Source: Octopus sinensis (taxonomy: Eukaryota). From it: 64,000 bases of DNA. The stretch lies in NCBI RefSeq assembly GCF_006345805.1, contig NC_042997.1, positions 70,370,001 to 70,434,000 of the forward strand, read 5' to 3'. Position 1 is the first letter of the stretch; every line of letters starts with the position of its first letter. A program made the translations under genes and the position numbers. The notes beneath the pieces were generated by a model. It saw only the letters and a list, made by a program, of their open reading frames with translations. It was not told where the DNA came from and did no database searches. Positions 27,579-41,285 of this stretch are shown piece after piece.

Positions 27579-28559
27579 TATATATATATATATATATGAT
27601 TTAAAGGTAATATCTATCTCCACTTAAGCGTGGATGTTTTGTTAGAACAATCTATACTGTAGTAGATCGCCTATGAAAAACTGTCATAATGGCTTTAGAT
27701 GCAAAATGCGCTCTTGTTTATATCGTCAGCGACGAGATAAATGCCCACCACTTCCAGCGCTGATACCAACAGATCACAGGATTTCTACTTTCGTTGGACA
27801 TACCAATGATGGATACTCGACTGCTAGAGAGAACAGCACTCATCTCCCCGCCAGCGATATAAGAACTTCTCTCGTGGTGTCTACCTCAGCATAGTTTGTT
27901 GTAACAGAACATTCAAATAAAAGTAGGGATAAATATTACCTGCCGGTATTAATACTGTTTGTGCCGCTAGTATATATATATGGTTTAAAACGAGGAGAAA
28001 AAATCAGAACGAAGGTAGAGACAAATAAGAAAACAGCAACTAGATTATTGATGCTGATGAAAAATGGAAGTGTTTTAGCGTCTTGATACAATGCACTTCT
28101 GAAGAAAGGTAGGAAATAGATGGTGAGACAAAGATCGTGCCTGAATTAACGGTTGCAGATGTTATGTTACCCATAGTCGCTTAACAACTGCAGTTTGTTG
28201 GTTTATCTATTCGTAACTTAACGGTTTGGCAAAAGAGTAGAATAAGTACCAGACTTTATTTTAATAAATTATGGGATCGACTTGTTTGACTAAGCTTTTC
28301 AAAGTAATGCTCCAGTATGGCCACAGTCCAATTACTTAGACAAGTAACAAATTAAAGTTGAAAATGTCCCTCCTTGTTCTCGATGTGCGAAACAATGAAT
28401 AGAAAAATTCAAAATTTGGTAACTGCTCCCTAATTTAATTAATTTGAACAATCAAACGTATAGTGTATTTAGCTGGCATCTAAAGCATTCTGATATGAAG
28501 CTATTACTTTAGTTGCTATTGTAACTCATATAAGGGAGCTTTTGACGGCTATCCACTAA

Positions 28560-29690
28560 TTGTTTTGGTTAGTCAAAAAGTTCGTTCGACTGTTTTAAGT
28601 GAAAATAAATCGGAAGTTTTAAGCACAAAATGGTTTCTTTAATCAATGTTATAATCACTCTTCCGTCTCGGTACCTTCTGTCATCTTGTTGAAATATCCG
28701 TTATTCTCTGCTCAAAAATTTACAGTCTTTACTGGCGAAAATCTCTTCCAGGTGAACTTTTAAATCCTCTTCAGTGTTGAAGATCTGTCCATTCAATGGA
28801 TTTTGATGAGACTAAAACAGGTGGAAATCTAAATCTGCAAGGTTGGGCGAATATGAACAAGGAAGCAAAACTTCTCAGCCAAACATCAGTAGCTTGTACT
28901 GAATCTGCAAATAAGGGTGCGGTTTGGCATTGTCGTGGTGGAAGACAATGTCCTTACATTTAGAAAACATTCAGTGTTTTCTGGTGGATCGCTGCATTTA
29001 GTTTGTCCAGCTGAATTGATGGAGCCGTCCGTGGGAAGAAGCTCGTAAAAGACAACACCCTTATGATCCTATGAAATTGAAAGCATAACATTCTTCAGGT
29101 GAGGTCCTGCTTCGCGGTTGTTTGTGGTGGTTCGCCGCGCTTCCCCCACGATCCATTGCGCTTCACATTGTTATACACGTTCTATTTTTCCTCCCCTGCC
29201 ATCATTTATTCTCTTCAGAAAAGGTTGGTTTCCTCCATGTTTCTGCAACAAATCTCAGATGGAAATCCTCTGGGCGAACTTAGTCTTATTCAGTTGATTT
29301 CAAGCAAAAATAGAGTGTCTGCCGATGCAAGCAACTTGATTTGGATATTTGGTGAATATCTGCGATAGTCCTGACAGGGCGTTGGTATCTCTGCTAATCC
29401 TCTTTGTACAAAGCATATATTCCGGCAGATTTCCTTTGCTTGCTTAACTTTTTGTGAAATAAATAAGCATGAGGCATCGATAATCTCCGTTTTAGTTGGT
29501 TCTCCATTTTCAGGATGGTTTCAAGCACACAAATTACAATCTGCTTCGCCGCAAGTTAGAGTCGCGCACCTTTGAAGTGCCAAGTATCTAACAAGAGTGT
29601 ATATCCCAAGGACAGACAGAAGTTAACTACTTGTTACTGTGTCTCAAATTTAGTGTCGACCAAAACCAAAGGAATACTTTGGCCAACATA
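28560..29690 (-). mobile_element. Decayed mariner
   Basis: TIR-like TTGGTTAGTCAAAAAGTTCGTTCG; minus-strand remnants VFHHDNAKPH and YSPNLADLDFHLF. Confidence 0.75.
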
Positions 29691-29724
29691 TTTAACGCCC
29701 AGTGCGGCATGAACCAGAGGAATT

Positions 29725-29900
29725 AAGAGACTGCAATATTCTTTTCTACTCTATGCACAAGGCCCGAAATTCTTCGGCGGGGGCCAGTCGATTTTGAGTT
29801 TGTGTTATCTTTCGGGGTTGATAATTCAAGTACCAGTTGTGCACTGGAGTCGATGTAATCGACTTACCCCTCTCCGGATGTTGCTGACCTTTTGCCAAAA
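29725..29900 (+). mobile_element. SINE 3' fragment
   Basis: CTACTCTATGCACAAGGCCCGAAATT...CAAGTACCAGTTGTGCACTGGAGTCGATGTAATCGACTTACC. Confidence 0.6.
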
Positions 29901-30620
29901 TTTGAAATCTATTAGAAATCCTAGCTGTAAAGGAGAATTAAAAGAATGTAAACAATTCTTTCAGTGTATTGAATATGCGGAATAAATGAAAGAATCCGTC
30001 CGGTTTGGCAATTTTTCACAAATTCTCAAATGAGATTCTGTTTCTCTCTCCAGTCAACGGCGTAGACTACTTAGGTGTTAAATGCAATCAAATATTAAGT
30101 TATTATCGTTGTAGATATATTAACATTTTTGTATTTTTCACGGATTGTTATTTTGAATGGGTGGACTGATATGTTTAAAGATGTACGTGCACAAATACAC
30201 ACTGAGACACGCACACACAAGCAAATGTGTTTCTATTTATATGCATGTCTGTGTGTGTGTGTGTACATTCGCGCGCGCAAGTAGATTTTTCATTCGAGAG
30301 AAACTTCTATTGACTAAAAAAATATATACGTAAACCTGTGTTTATTTTTATAAACATGTGTGCGTCCAAGTTTGTCTGAGTACATACATGTATGTGTATG
30401 ACTGTGTAACTGTGCATGCTCATGTATTGCTGCAGTGCAATGACTGAAACAATAAATGTAAAAACATAAAAGAATACAAATACACCCTTGCACTTCACTC
30501 ACACAAACAGGTACACCCACACACACATACGCACATACGCACTTATGTATATTTATATGTATATAAGTGCGTAAATATGTACGTATATACATTTATATAT
30601 GTATGCATACACACGCACAC

Positions 30621-30676
<56 letters not shown>

Positions 30677-30709
30677 TATATATATGTATATATTTATATA
30701 TATATCAGG

Positions 30710-31936
30710 TCAAGTCATCCCACAAGTTCTATCCGTTTTTACCTTTTTTTAAATTGAATGAAATTTAATAGTATTTTAGTATGTCTAATGGAATTAAATA
30801 TTATTTTTATGCATTTTTATACATTTAAACTAATTAAATATTATTTTACAGAATAATAGAATTAAAATTTATTTGATTAAAACCCTTTCTAACATGGAAG
30901 TATCCAAAAAGCATTTGAAGCGCATAACGCTTTATGAGCGCAAAAAACGAAACTCTGCAGCCGAAGCGACTCGAAAGATACACTCAATTTATGGGAAAGA
31001 ATGCTTGAATGAAAGAACTTGCAGAAGATGGTTTGTAAAATTCAGAAGTGGAAATTTCAGCCTTGAAAATGAAGATCGAACATGAAGGTGAAGATGATGA
31101 AGATCCAGTTGAGTTTGATGATAAGCTCCTTGAGGCATTACTTGAAGAAAATCCTGCATTAACAGTTGAAGAATTGGCAATAAAGCTTAGTTCAAACCAT
31201 ACAACCGTTCATCTTCATCTTCACCAACTTGGAAAGGTTCCTAAAGTTGGAAAATGGGTGCCTCATGAATTGTCCGAAAGCAACCGCAAATCTCGAGTTG
31301 ACATCTGCTCTTCTCACCATTCTCGTGAACTCATTTCACCCTTTTTGGATAGATTTGTGACTAGTGACGAAAATGGATCTTCTATCGAAATGTTAAACAG
31401 TGAGTTTGGTAAAAGGGAAAAATGCTTATCCACAACTGAAAAGGGAACTTCATGGGAAAAAGGTTCTTCTCTCAATCTGGTTGGATTGCACTTTGAATTC
31501 TTCAAACCTGATGCAACAATCAATGCTCAAGTCTACTGTCAGCAATTAGAGCGTTTGAACCAAGGACAATGCGCGACCCCACACTGCAAAGATCACATCA
31601 CAGAAGATTGAAGAGCTTGGTTGGAAAAAATTTCCTTATCCACCTTATTCTCCCGAGCTTGCTCCTTCAAACTATCATTTGTTTCGTAGTTTACAGAATC
31701 ATTTGGAGGACATAACTTTCGCAAGCCAGGAGGAGGTCGAAAATGATATTTCAGAGTTCTTCGCTTTGAAACTAAAAGAGTTTTACATTGATGGGATTAA
31801 AAAGCTTGTAAGAAGATGGAAAGAAGTCATAGAGAATCAGGGAAAGTACATTGATGGTTAAAGTTCAATTAAATATAACATTTGATCACTTGCTTTCTTT
31901 ATTCAAAATTCGGACAGAACTTATGAGATGATCCAA
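30710..31936 (+). mobile_element. Decayed full-length mariner
   Basis: Fragmented ORFs with RRWFVKFRSGNFSLE, KVGKWVPHELSE, RFVTSDE, YSPELAPSNYHLF; degenerate TIRs; right end ...GAGATGATCCAA|TA. Confidence 0.88.
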
Positions 31937-31999
31937 TATATATCTATCTACATATAGATAGGTAGATAGATCGATAAATATATAGACAGGCAGACAGAC

Positions 32000-32101
<102 letters not shown>

Positions 32102-32281
32102 CTAGCTAGATAGGTAGACAGATAGATATAGTGTGTGTATGTTTAAGGAGCTGAAACACCTCTCAATACTCAGATACATATAAGCACACATGCACATACA
32201 CTAAGTCTTTCCCATTTATTTATTTATTCCGTCAACCCCTCCGTCTCACTTTCAATCTCTCTTTCTTTCTCTTTCCACCTC

Positions 32282-32325
<44 letters not shown>

Positions 32326-32847
32326 ACACATGCACACACACTTCTCTCTTCTCTCACGTAAACATTCAGAACACACTGGAACATAAGGAAACACACGCAC
32401 ACTTTTGGAATCTCTTACGGAGCTGGCAGCTGATAAGCTATGGAATGCTGTGAGTTTGTGGTAGTTTCGGCTATTGCTTTGAACGCATCGGTCGTTTGTC
32501 TTAACCTCATAGAATGGATGATGTGACGTCTTTCCTTGGTGGGCCGAGCAGAGAGGGCTGTGTTGAAATAACTAAGATAAACAAGAATACTGACTTTTTA
32601 TCAACGAGATATCTTTACGCATACGGTACGCAATATTTAATACCCTCCATAGATTCTAAGCTCTCCGTTTTACACAGCTACCCAAACACACACATGTACA
32701 TTTTCTTTCTCCTTTATCCATTTCTATAGTTTTGCTTTTTATTGCATTTTTTTCATGTTACTGTTTCGTTTGAGGAAACAGCTTCGTCTATTCCACATAC
32801 ATGCACAAAAGAAAGCAGAGAAATCCTGAAATGTCGGTATATTTTTC

Positions 32848-32917
<70 letters not shown>

Positions 32918-33016
32918 GTATGCATACATATATATGTATATATATATATATATATATATACATATATATGTATATATATATATATATTATATATATATAC
33001 ACACACACACACATAA

Positions 33017-33055
<39 letters not shown>

Positions 33056-33108
33056 AGTGTGTTTTGTATATATAGATAGATACATATATACAGATAGAGA
33101 CGCGTGCG

Positions 33109-33162
<54 letters not shown>

Positions 33163-33249
33163 ATACATACAGCGAAATACTTATATGTACATACATATAT
33201 AGAAATATCTATATATATTTATGCACACCTCGAATAATTCTGCTCTCTG

Positions 33250-33740
33250 TGGTCTCCTCATACAAAACAAAACATTTCGAAAATTTAATCACCCCATGAC
33301 TGATCTCGATGATTGGAACCGCCTTAAACAATTGAAAGACTGCTTTCTCCAGTGCCGCTGTGAGCGGTACAATATATGCACGATATGTTGAATATACCAT
33401 CAGCATTGCCCAAACGACCTCACCATCAGTTTCAGAATTCTTCAAGGCTAGAACCACGGGTCATATGTTCCCTATCAAATTCAAGATCACAACACAAATA
33501 CATTGCAACATAATATCTTTTCCTCAACAGGCTCTGCCCTATTTAACATTGTTCCAAAACAGATCAAAGAGGAAAAGGATTCTATCATCTTTAAACGGAA
33601 TCTGGACACATCCCATCAAGGGATACCAGATAAGCCACCTATACCTGGATACAACTCGATCAACTAGAACTCCCTACTCAAATGGGTCATTATACCACAA
33701 AACTTGACTTGAAAAGGACGTAGCAAATCCTATCAGGTGC
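33250..33740 (+). mobile_element. CR1/L2-group LINE 3' end, decayed
   Basis: DWNRLKQLK...QCRCERY...ALFNIVPKQIKEE...FKRNLD...IPDKPPIPGY...NSLLKW. Confidence 0.75.
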
Positions 33741-33811
33741 ATCTATAAGTTAGATAATTAGATATCGCTTGGGCCAAACATTGGTCGAAATATACATACA
33801 TACATACATAC

Positions 33812-33842
<31 letters not shown>

Positions 33843-33889
33843 CATATATATATACATATACATACATATATATATATATATATACTCTT

Positions 33890-34228
33890 TTTACTCTTTT
33901 TACTTGTTTCCCTTATTTGACTGCGGCCATGCTGGAGCACCGCTTTCAGTCGAGCAAATTGACCCAGGGACTTATTTTTTATAAGCCCAGTATTTATTCT
34001 ATCTGTCTCTTTTGCCGAACCGCTAAGTGACCGGGACGTAAACACACCAGCATCTGTTGTCATACATATATACGACAGGCTCCTTCCAGTTTCCGTCTAC
34101 CAAATCCACTCACAAGGCATTGGTCGGCCCGGGGCTATAGCAGAAGACACTTGCTCAAGATGCCACGCAGTGGGACTGAACCCGGAACCATGTGGTTGGT
34201 TAGCAAGCTACTTACCACACAGCCACTA
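33890..34228 (-). mobile_element. tRNA-derived CORE-like SINE
   Basis: Minus strand TGGCTGTGTGGTAAGTAGCTTGCTAACCAACCACATGGTTCCGGGTTCAGTCCC; family match with 27215-27578. Confidence 0.88.
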
Positions 34229-34360
34229 GAATCGTTATTTAAATATCGGACTTATCAAGTGACCATTATGGGAATTATAATTAAGTGTATCTAAGAGATA
34301 CCACTACGCTTGAAATAGCAGCCAAAACTTGACTCTCACGGTGCGGTATGAACTTTTAAT

Positions 34361-34400
<40 letters not shown>

Positions 34401-34401
<1 letters not shown>

Positions 34402-34925
34402 CGGGTCCAAAAGAGCAATGGTGGATTTAAAATTTTAATGATTTCCTTAAGTTTTTCAAAAACATGCATGAAATTTTGATACAATATGAAGGATATAATG
34501 GAAATTCATATGCACAAATTTTTCATCACCACTACATCACATATGAAGAATGACATTGCTTAAATGGCAACCATTTTCGGCTTTGCACGCCCGTGCTCTT
34601 TCCAGAACTTGCACCATAACACCCTCAAGAGTTTCAGACCTTTTATTTCTCTAATGATGTTCTTTTTCAGCTGCATTAGGGCCTCCGGTTTGTTAACGTA
34701 AACCCTATCTTTCAGGTATCCCTGATTAAGACCTTTTTGCACCCGGCCATTCTAAGTAGACCTCACTCATGTTACCACTAAGAGACCGCACACATGGTGC
34801 TGCAAGACAAACAATGCAGTTATTATGGCAGTGCTTTGGAGAGAAAATAATCTCCCGCCATGGCAATGCCAACTGGCCTTCACGTTCCTCAGACTTGACT
34901 AGCCCGGATTTATTCTTGTGGGGAT
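34401..34925. mobile_element. Tc1/mariner-superfamily transposase C-terminal remnant with internal inversion
   Basis: Minus strand GYLKDRVYVNKP...LKKNIIREI; plus strand TMQLLWQCFGEKIISRHGNANWPSRSSDLTSPDLFLW. Confidence 0.8.
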
Positions 34926-35113
34926 AGAAATGGAGAGAGAATGGAAAAAAAAACGGAGAAAAAAGTGTAAAGTTCAACGGTCCAGTATGGCACATGACTG
35001 GAAGAAGAGAGGTTGAATGAAATGGAGATAATGATAATAATAACAATAATGGTAATAATAGTAATAGTAATAGTAATAGTAATAGTAATAATAATAATAA
35101 TATAATAATAATA

Positions 35114-35164
<51 letters not shown>

Positions 35165-35176
35165 GTGATAATAATT

Positions 35177-35232
<56 letters not shown>

Positions 35233-35450
35233 GGTGGTGGTGGTTGTATGGTAGTGATGATGATGATGATGATGATAATAATAATAATAACAATAACAAT
35301 AACAATAACCATAACAATAAAAATAACAATAACAATAACAATAACAATAACAATAACAATATTAATAATAATAACAACAATAATAATAATAATAATAATA
35401 AAAATAACAATAACAATAACAATGACAATAACAATAACAATAACAATAAC

Positions 35451-35515
<65 letters not shown>

Positions 35516-35517
<2 letters not shown>

Positions 35518-36071
35518 GCCCTGATGCAGTACCAGGCAGTGGCTCTCATGGCTTCTGATCTTAACTGATTGGAAGTGTTATCATGTACATTGTTTTGTCT
35601 TGGTATAAAAGATGGACTACAGCAAATATTCTGCTCAATACCACTGATTTGCTTGTCAGTTGTTTGACCATAACCAGTTGAGCATGTCCCTTAGTGGCTG
35701 ATGATATGTGCATCTCTGATCACGAGCAGAAGTAGTGGGGGAGCATCATAGCCATGTGTTGAGAGGGATTCTTTGGGGTTTGAATAATTTACCTCTGGAA
35801 ACATGGGTGGTTCTTTCAACATCCTTAAACAACCCTTATTCAGGGACCTTTTGAGCGGGATGGGCTACTCAACCTGAAGAAAATTCTAACTGGGTCCCAC
35901 CTGTAAGGTCATGTGCTGTTTATCTTGATATGAGATCACCATGTCGCGCACATATGGTTGTGATGCATGTGCCTGGTGTACCCTTATCAGACGGCTGGTC
36001 ATGATGGGTATATTGGGCTTCGTATATTTTACCCCAGTGTCACTTTGATGGCATGAACTGCTCTCTCACTC
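35516..36071 (+). mobile_element. Repeat X, longest copy
   Basis: Matches 155-690; (AAT)n on both sides. Confidence 0.85.
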
Positions 36072-36111
36072 AATAATAATAATGATAATAATAATAATAA
36101 TAATAATAATA

Positions 36112-37573
36112 AGAGTGAGAGCAATACTCAAGACAGAGCTGAATGCAAGAAACAGGATCGAAGCGATCAATAGATTAGCCATACCAGTCGTGACTTACAG
36201 TTTCAATATCGTTAACTGGTCAATTACTGAAATATGTCAGCTCGACAGAAAAATACGAAAACTGTTGACAATGCATAGAATGCACCACCCTAAGGCAGAT
36301 ACAGAACGACTTTATCTGCCAAGAAAAGAGGGAGGCCGTGGTCTTTTACAACTGGCAATAACAATGAAGATTGCTACAATTGGCCTAGACACCTACCTGA
36401 AAAAAGTCTGATGACTGGATGTTAAAACTTGTCTCGAAACATGGAAACAAGAAAGTATCATACTCAGTAACAAAACAGGCAAAGGAATATCTAAGTGAAT
36501 TCCAAATACAACAAATTTCGGAATTAGAGATAGACATACAAGAAACAGGCACAGAAAACGCTAGGGGCATGAAAACCCGTGCCAAAACTGCGGCCTTAGA
36601 TATTCTGAATAATAAATGGCAAGAAAAACCTCTCTATGGCAAATACCCAAAGAGAGCGAATAATGCAGAAATTGACAAAGCCCTGACCCATTAATGGCTA
36701 ATGGCCTCTGGCTTAAAATCTGAAACAGAAGGGTTTATCATAGCAGCTCAAGATCAATGCCTACCAACAAGAAACAACCAGGCCAACATATTAAAGAACG
36801 GCAGTAGCCCAACATGTCGTGTATGCCGACAACAAAATGAAACCATTGATCATGTTGTCTCCAAATGCAGTCTTCTAGCGCCTACAGAGTACCTCAACAG
36901 GCATGATAGAGCTGCACAATATATTCACTGGGTAATTTGCAAAAACCTGGATTTGCCCCATGAAAAAAATTGGTGGGAACACAACCCACCTCCAGTGCTT
37001 GAAAATGACCACATCTCACTCCTCTGGAACTTCACCATTCAAACTGACAGAAAGATAGATGCAAACAGGCCAGACATCATATTGAAAGACTTCAAACAAA
37101 GAACATACGTCCTCATTGATATAACTGTCCCAATCGATATAAACGTATCTGTCAAGACCTACCAAAAACTGAGCAAATATAAAGATCTTGAAATAGAAAT
37201 CAGCAAAATGTGGAACCTGAAGACTAAAACAATACCTGTTGTCATAGGTGCCTGGGAATGACAGCGAAAGGGGCTGATTGCTACCTAACTCAGATACCAG
37301 GAAACCCCAAAATGGCAGAAATTCAAAAGATAGTGCTCATGGGAACTGCTCATATCCTACGCAAAATACTCTCTATGTAATCCCAAGGTTTAAAACAAAC
37401 TTTTTCTTTTAAATTTATTTATTAGACATTCACTAGTACAACACCAAAAAAAACCCCAAATATATGGCACACTAAGCATAACAACAACGTGAACTTCCAA
37501 CCTGTTGTCTCTTAAGGTCTCTGGGTGAAACTTGGAGCCAACTTGTACAGACATAAAGCAAAAGTCAAACATG

Positions 37574-37574
<1 letters not shown>
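36112..37574 (+). mobile_element. 5'-truncated R4/Dong-clade (RLE) non-LTR retrotransposon in (AAT)n
   Basis: RLYLPRKEGGRGL, SETEGFIIAAQDQ, CRVC...ETIDHVVSKC (zinc knuckle), RHD, ANRPDII...IDITVP, KLSKYKDL (restriction-like endonuclease); 3' end joins (AAT)n. Confidence 0.93.
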
Positions 37575-37632
<58 letters not shown>

Positions 37633-37659
37633 TAATAATAATAATAATAATAATAATAA

Positions 37660-38017
37660 GGGAGAGCATCATAGCCATGTGTGGGGGAGCATCATAGCCA
37701 TGTGTTGAGAGGGATTCTTTGGGGTTTGAATAATTTACCTCTGGAAACATGGGTGGTTCTTTCAACATCCTTAAACAACCCTTATTCAGGGACATTTTGA
37801 GCGGGATGGGCTACTCAACCTGAAGAAAATTCTAACTGGGCCCCACCTGCAAGGTCATGCGCTGTTTATCTTGGTATGAGATCCCCATGTCGCGCACATA
37901 TGGTTGTGATGCATGTGCCTGGTGTACCCTTATCAGACGGGTGGTCATGATGGTTATATTGGGCTTCGTATATTTTACCCCAGTGTCACTTTGAAGGCCA
38001 TAACTGCTATCTCACTC
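37660..38017 (+). mobile_element. Repeat X, 5'-truncated copy with short 5' tandem duplication
   Basis: GAGCATCATAGCCATGTGT occurs twice at the 5' end; 3' end CTCACTC|AATAAT. Confidence 0.85.
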
Positions 38018-38401
38018 AATAATAATAATAACGGTAAAGGAAAAGGTGCCTCCAACAAACAAAGGTACACAATCGTGTGTGTGTGTGTGTGTAAAAATGG
38101 TGTATGTGAGTGTGTATGTGTGAATAAACGTCCTGTTTATGACAGACAGCTTTGAATATAAAGTTATGTTGTGAGGTTATTTGGTTTTATAAGAATGAAC
38201 TCGGCATTTTTGTTATCCGTTTGTTCTCTATGATTTGCTGTATGAGAAAAGCATTGTATGAATAACATGCATTTAAATGCGATAAAAGTTAATATGTGTG
38301 TGGTTCTATTTAAGTATGTAGTATTAATATATGTGTAGGCATATAATTATGTATGTATGAATATCTATTTATCTATTTATCTATCTATCTATCTATCTAG
38401 C

Positions 38402-38501
<100 letters not shown>

Positions 38502-38596
38502 CATCTATCTATCTATCTATCTACTATCTATCTATCTATCGATCTATCTATCTATCTATCTACTATCTATCTATCTATCTATCATCTATCTATCTA

Positions 38597-38650
<54 letters not shown>

Positions 38651-39358
38651 CGTTAAAAGGAGGGCTGGGCATGCCGTGGTTGATGATGCGCAACCTTCCC
38701 TATTCTTCCCCTCTCTTCAGCGTTCCCTGTCTCCCTCTCATTCTTCCTCCTCGACTCTCTCGTCGCTGACACGTGACGAAAGGGTTTCTATCTTTCTGTC
38801 CATATCCTTCATAAAGACAACACGTGCTTATACCTGTCTCCTCTCATAAGCTCGTCTTCCTGGCGTTCATAATAATTTTTCTATCGTCTTGACTTAGTTT
38901 GTTTTTACTGTATTGTTCTCACTGTCCTGTTCTTCTTACCGTTTTCACCCTCCGCCAAAAATCTTAAATTTTATTTAATTTGCTTTCCATGAGGGACTGT
39001 TTCAACGAAGTCACGTATTCTACTTGCCTATAACCACGGATAGACAAAACAGGGACAACTGATGAAGGGGAATGTTCTTTATGTTGATTGTCTCGTTTCT
39101 CTGTTTATTTGATTTTTCGTTGTTAGAAAAAAGTTCGTTTTCTATGTTTTTGTTTTTATATTTTCGTTTCTCATTGTGTTCAACGTTATTTTGACATCCT
39201 GTACACATATATGAATGTATATATACATATATATGTAGGTATGTACATATATGTATGTATATTTTATTTTTATTTTATTTTTTTATCCAGTTTCAGCCCA
39301 CAAGCTGTGGCCATGCTGGGGCACCGCCATTTATATATGCATATATTTATATATTATT

Positions 39359-39443
<85 letters not shown>

Positions 39444-39444
<1 letters not shown>

Positions 39445-39703
39445 CAGTTATCGATAAAGCTAATATGACAGTCCATAAATATAGGACGTAAGCTGCCGTT
39501 GATTAGCTTCAAGAGGTCATCGCCTCCAGCTAGCTATGTGACACACGTACTTGTGTCCATTATAGCCTTCGAACAGGGGAGGTTATAATGGACACAGGTT
39601 CGTGCGTCATATAGCTAACTAGAGGTGATGTCCTCTTGGAGCTAATGAACAGCAGCGTACGTCCTATATTTATGGACTGCCATATTAGCTTGGCGATAAC
39701 TGT
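39444..39703. mobile_element. Palindromic MITE (260 bp), TA target duplication
   Basis: Arms of ~120 bp (ACAGTTATCG... / ...CGATAACTGT) around a ~14-nt loop; TA on both sides. Confidence 0.88.
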
Positions 39704-39864
39704 TAATATCCAGTACCGCCTCTGTAGTCTCCATTAGAGTGACTTAGAAATAATAATAATAATAGTAATAATAATAATAAAAATAATAATGATAATAATT
39801 ATAATAATAATAATAAAATAAGAAGAAGAATTATAATAATAATAATATAATAATAATAATAATA

Positions 39865-39897
<33 letters not shown>

Positions 39898-39910
39898 TAA
39901 TAATGATATA

Positions 39911-39980
<70 letters not shown>

Positions 39981-40177
39981 CTTATATGGTCCAGCATTCG
40001 CCATAATTGATCGCTAGCCACTAAACCTTTTTTATTTTCTCTCTCTACTTCTTTCTGTGTTGACGAGCGTAGGCTTGAAACATAAAAACTTCCTCACTTC
40101 CCAAGCGTTAAACTAATCTCCGTCTTTTGTTTTTCTTTTGTAAATTCTAACTATATACATATACATATATATGTACA

Positions 40178-40251
<74 letters not shown>

Positions 40252-41086
40252 TAAAAGAAATAAAACATATGCATATATATAAACATATATGTACGTACCT
40301 ACCTCTACATGTACATATACACGCATATATGAGTACAAGACACCAAAGGGACGTCGAACACATAGAGAAACGAAAACATAGACACAAACCAAAGGAACAG
40401 GACATTTTTTTAAAAACAACAAAAAATGGAGTACAGGACAGTTAACACAATGAAAAAACCCCTTCTTCACTCGCTAAGGTTTCATCTACTCTACGTTTCG
40501 AAGGATAAAAGCGAGACGTATCTTCGACAAGAAACTTTCCTTCCTGCGAAAAGCAAATCAATTAAAATTCTGAGATCTTTTCGCAGAGGGGTAAAAAATG
40601 GTAAAAAAATGGTAAAAAAACGAGACAGTAACGACAGTACAAAAATATAAACAGTAAAAAAATATATATATAAACAGTAAAAAATATATATATAACAGTA
40701 AAAGACAGGACAGGGAGAACAAGATAAGAAGGGCTGTTGACGCCGAACGAAAAAAGTATTGCAAACGCTGAATTTTTTGTGACGACGAGAGAGCAGGAAA
40801 AGTCGTCCAGTAGCCTTAAAAGGCGGGCGAGAAAGACCGTTAGCAGTTACGGCGGAAGTATCGTCGCAGATGGACGACGGGAATGGGGGAGGAGGAGCAA
40901 GAGGAAGGGAGAGAAGAAGGGGAAAGGTGCGAGGAGAACATGAAGAATAGTGAGGTGGAGGGAGAGAATGAAGAATGAGAGAGAGAGAGAGGAAGAGACA
41001 AGTTAAGTGAGGGAAAAAAGACGAAAAGGGGATGGGATAGAAAGAAAGAAAGAAAGGGCAGAGTGCGCGTGCCGTCGTTTATATAT

Positions 41087-41120
<34 letters not shown>

Positions 41121-41139
41121 AACGACGGTCTTCTTTCAG

Positions 41140-41285
41140 TTTCTGTCTAGCAACTCCACTCATAAGGCTTTGGTTGGTCCGAGGCTATAGTAGAAGACAG
41201 ATGTCCAAGTTTTCACACAACGGAACTGAACCCGGTCCCGTGTCCTTGGGAAACAAATTTCTTACTACACCGCCACAGTCACGCC
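41140..41285 (-). mobile_element. CORE-like SINE, partial
   Basis: CCGAGGCTATAGTAGAAGAC...GGAACTGAACCCGG...CTTACTACACCGCCAC on the plus strand. Confidence 0.75.

Noticed and set aside
27673-27894. 73-aa ORF as a host exon
   Set aside because: No recognisable domain or splice sites; stops in the other frames; probably decayed repeat
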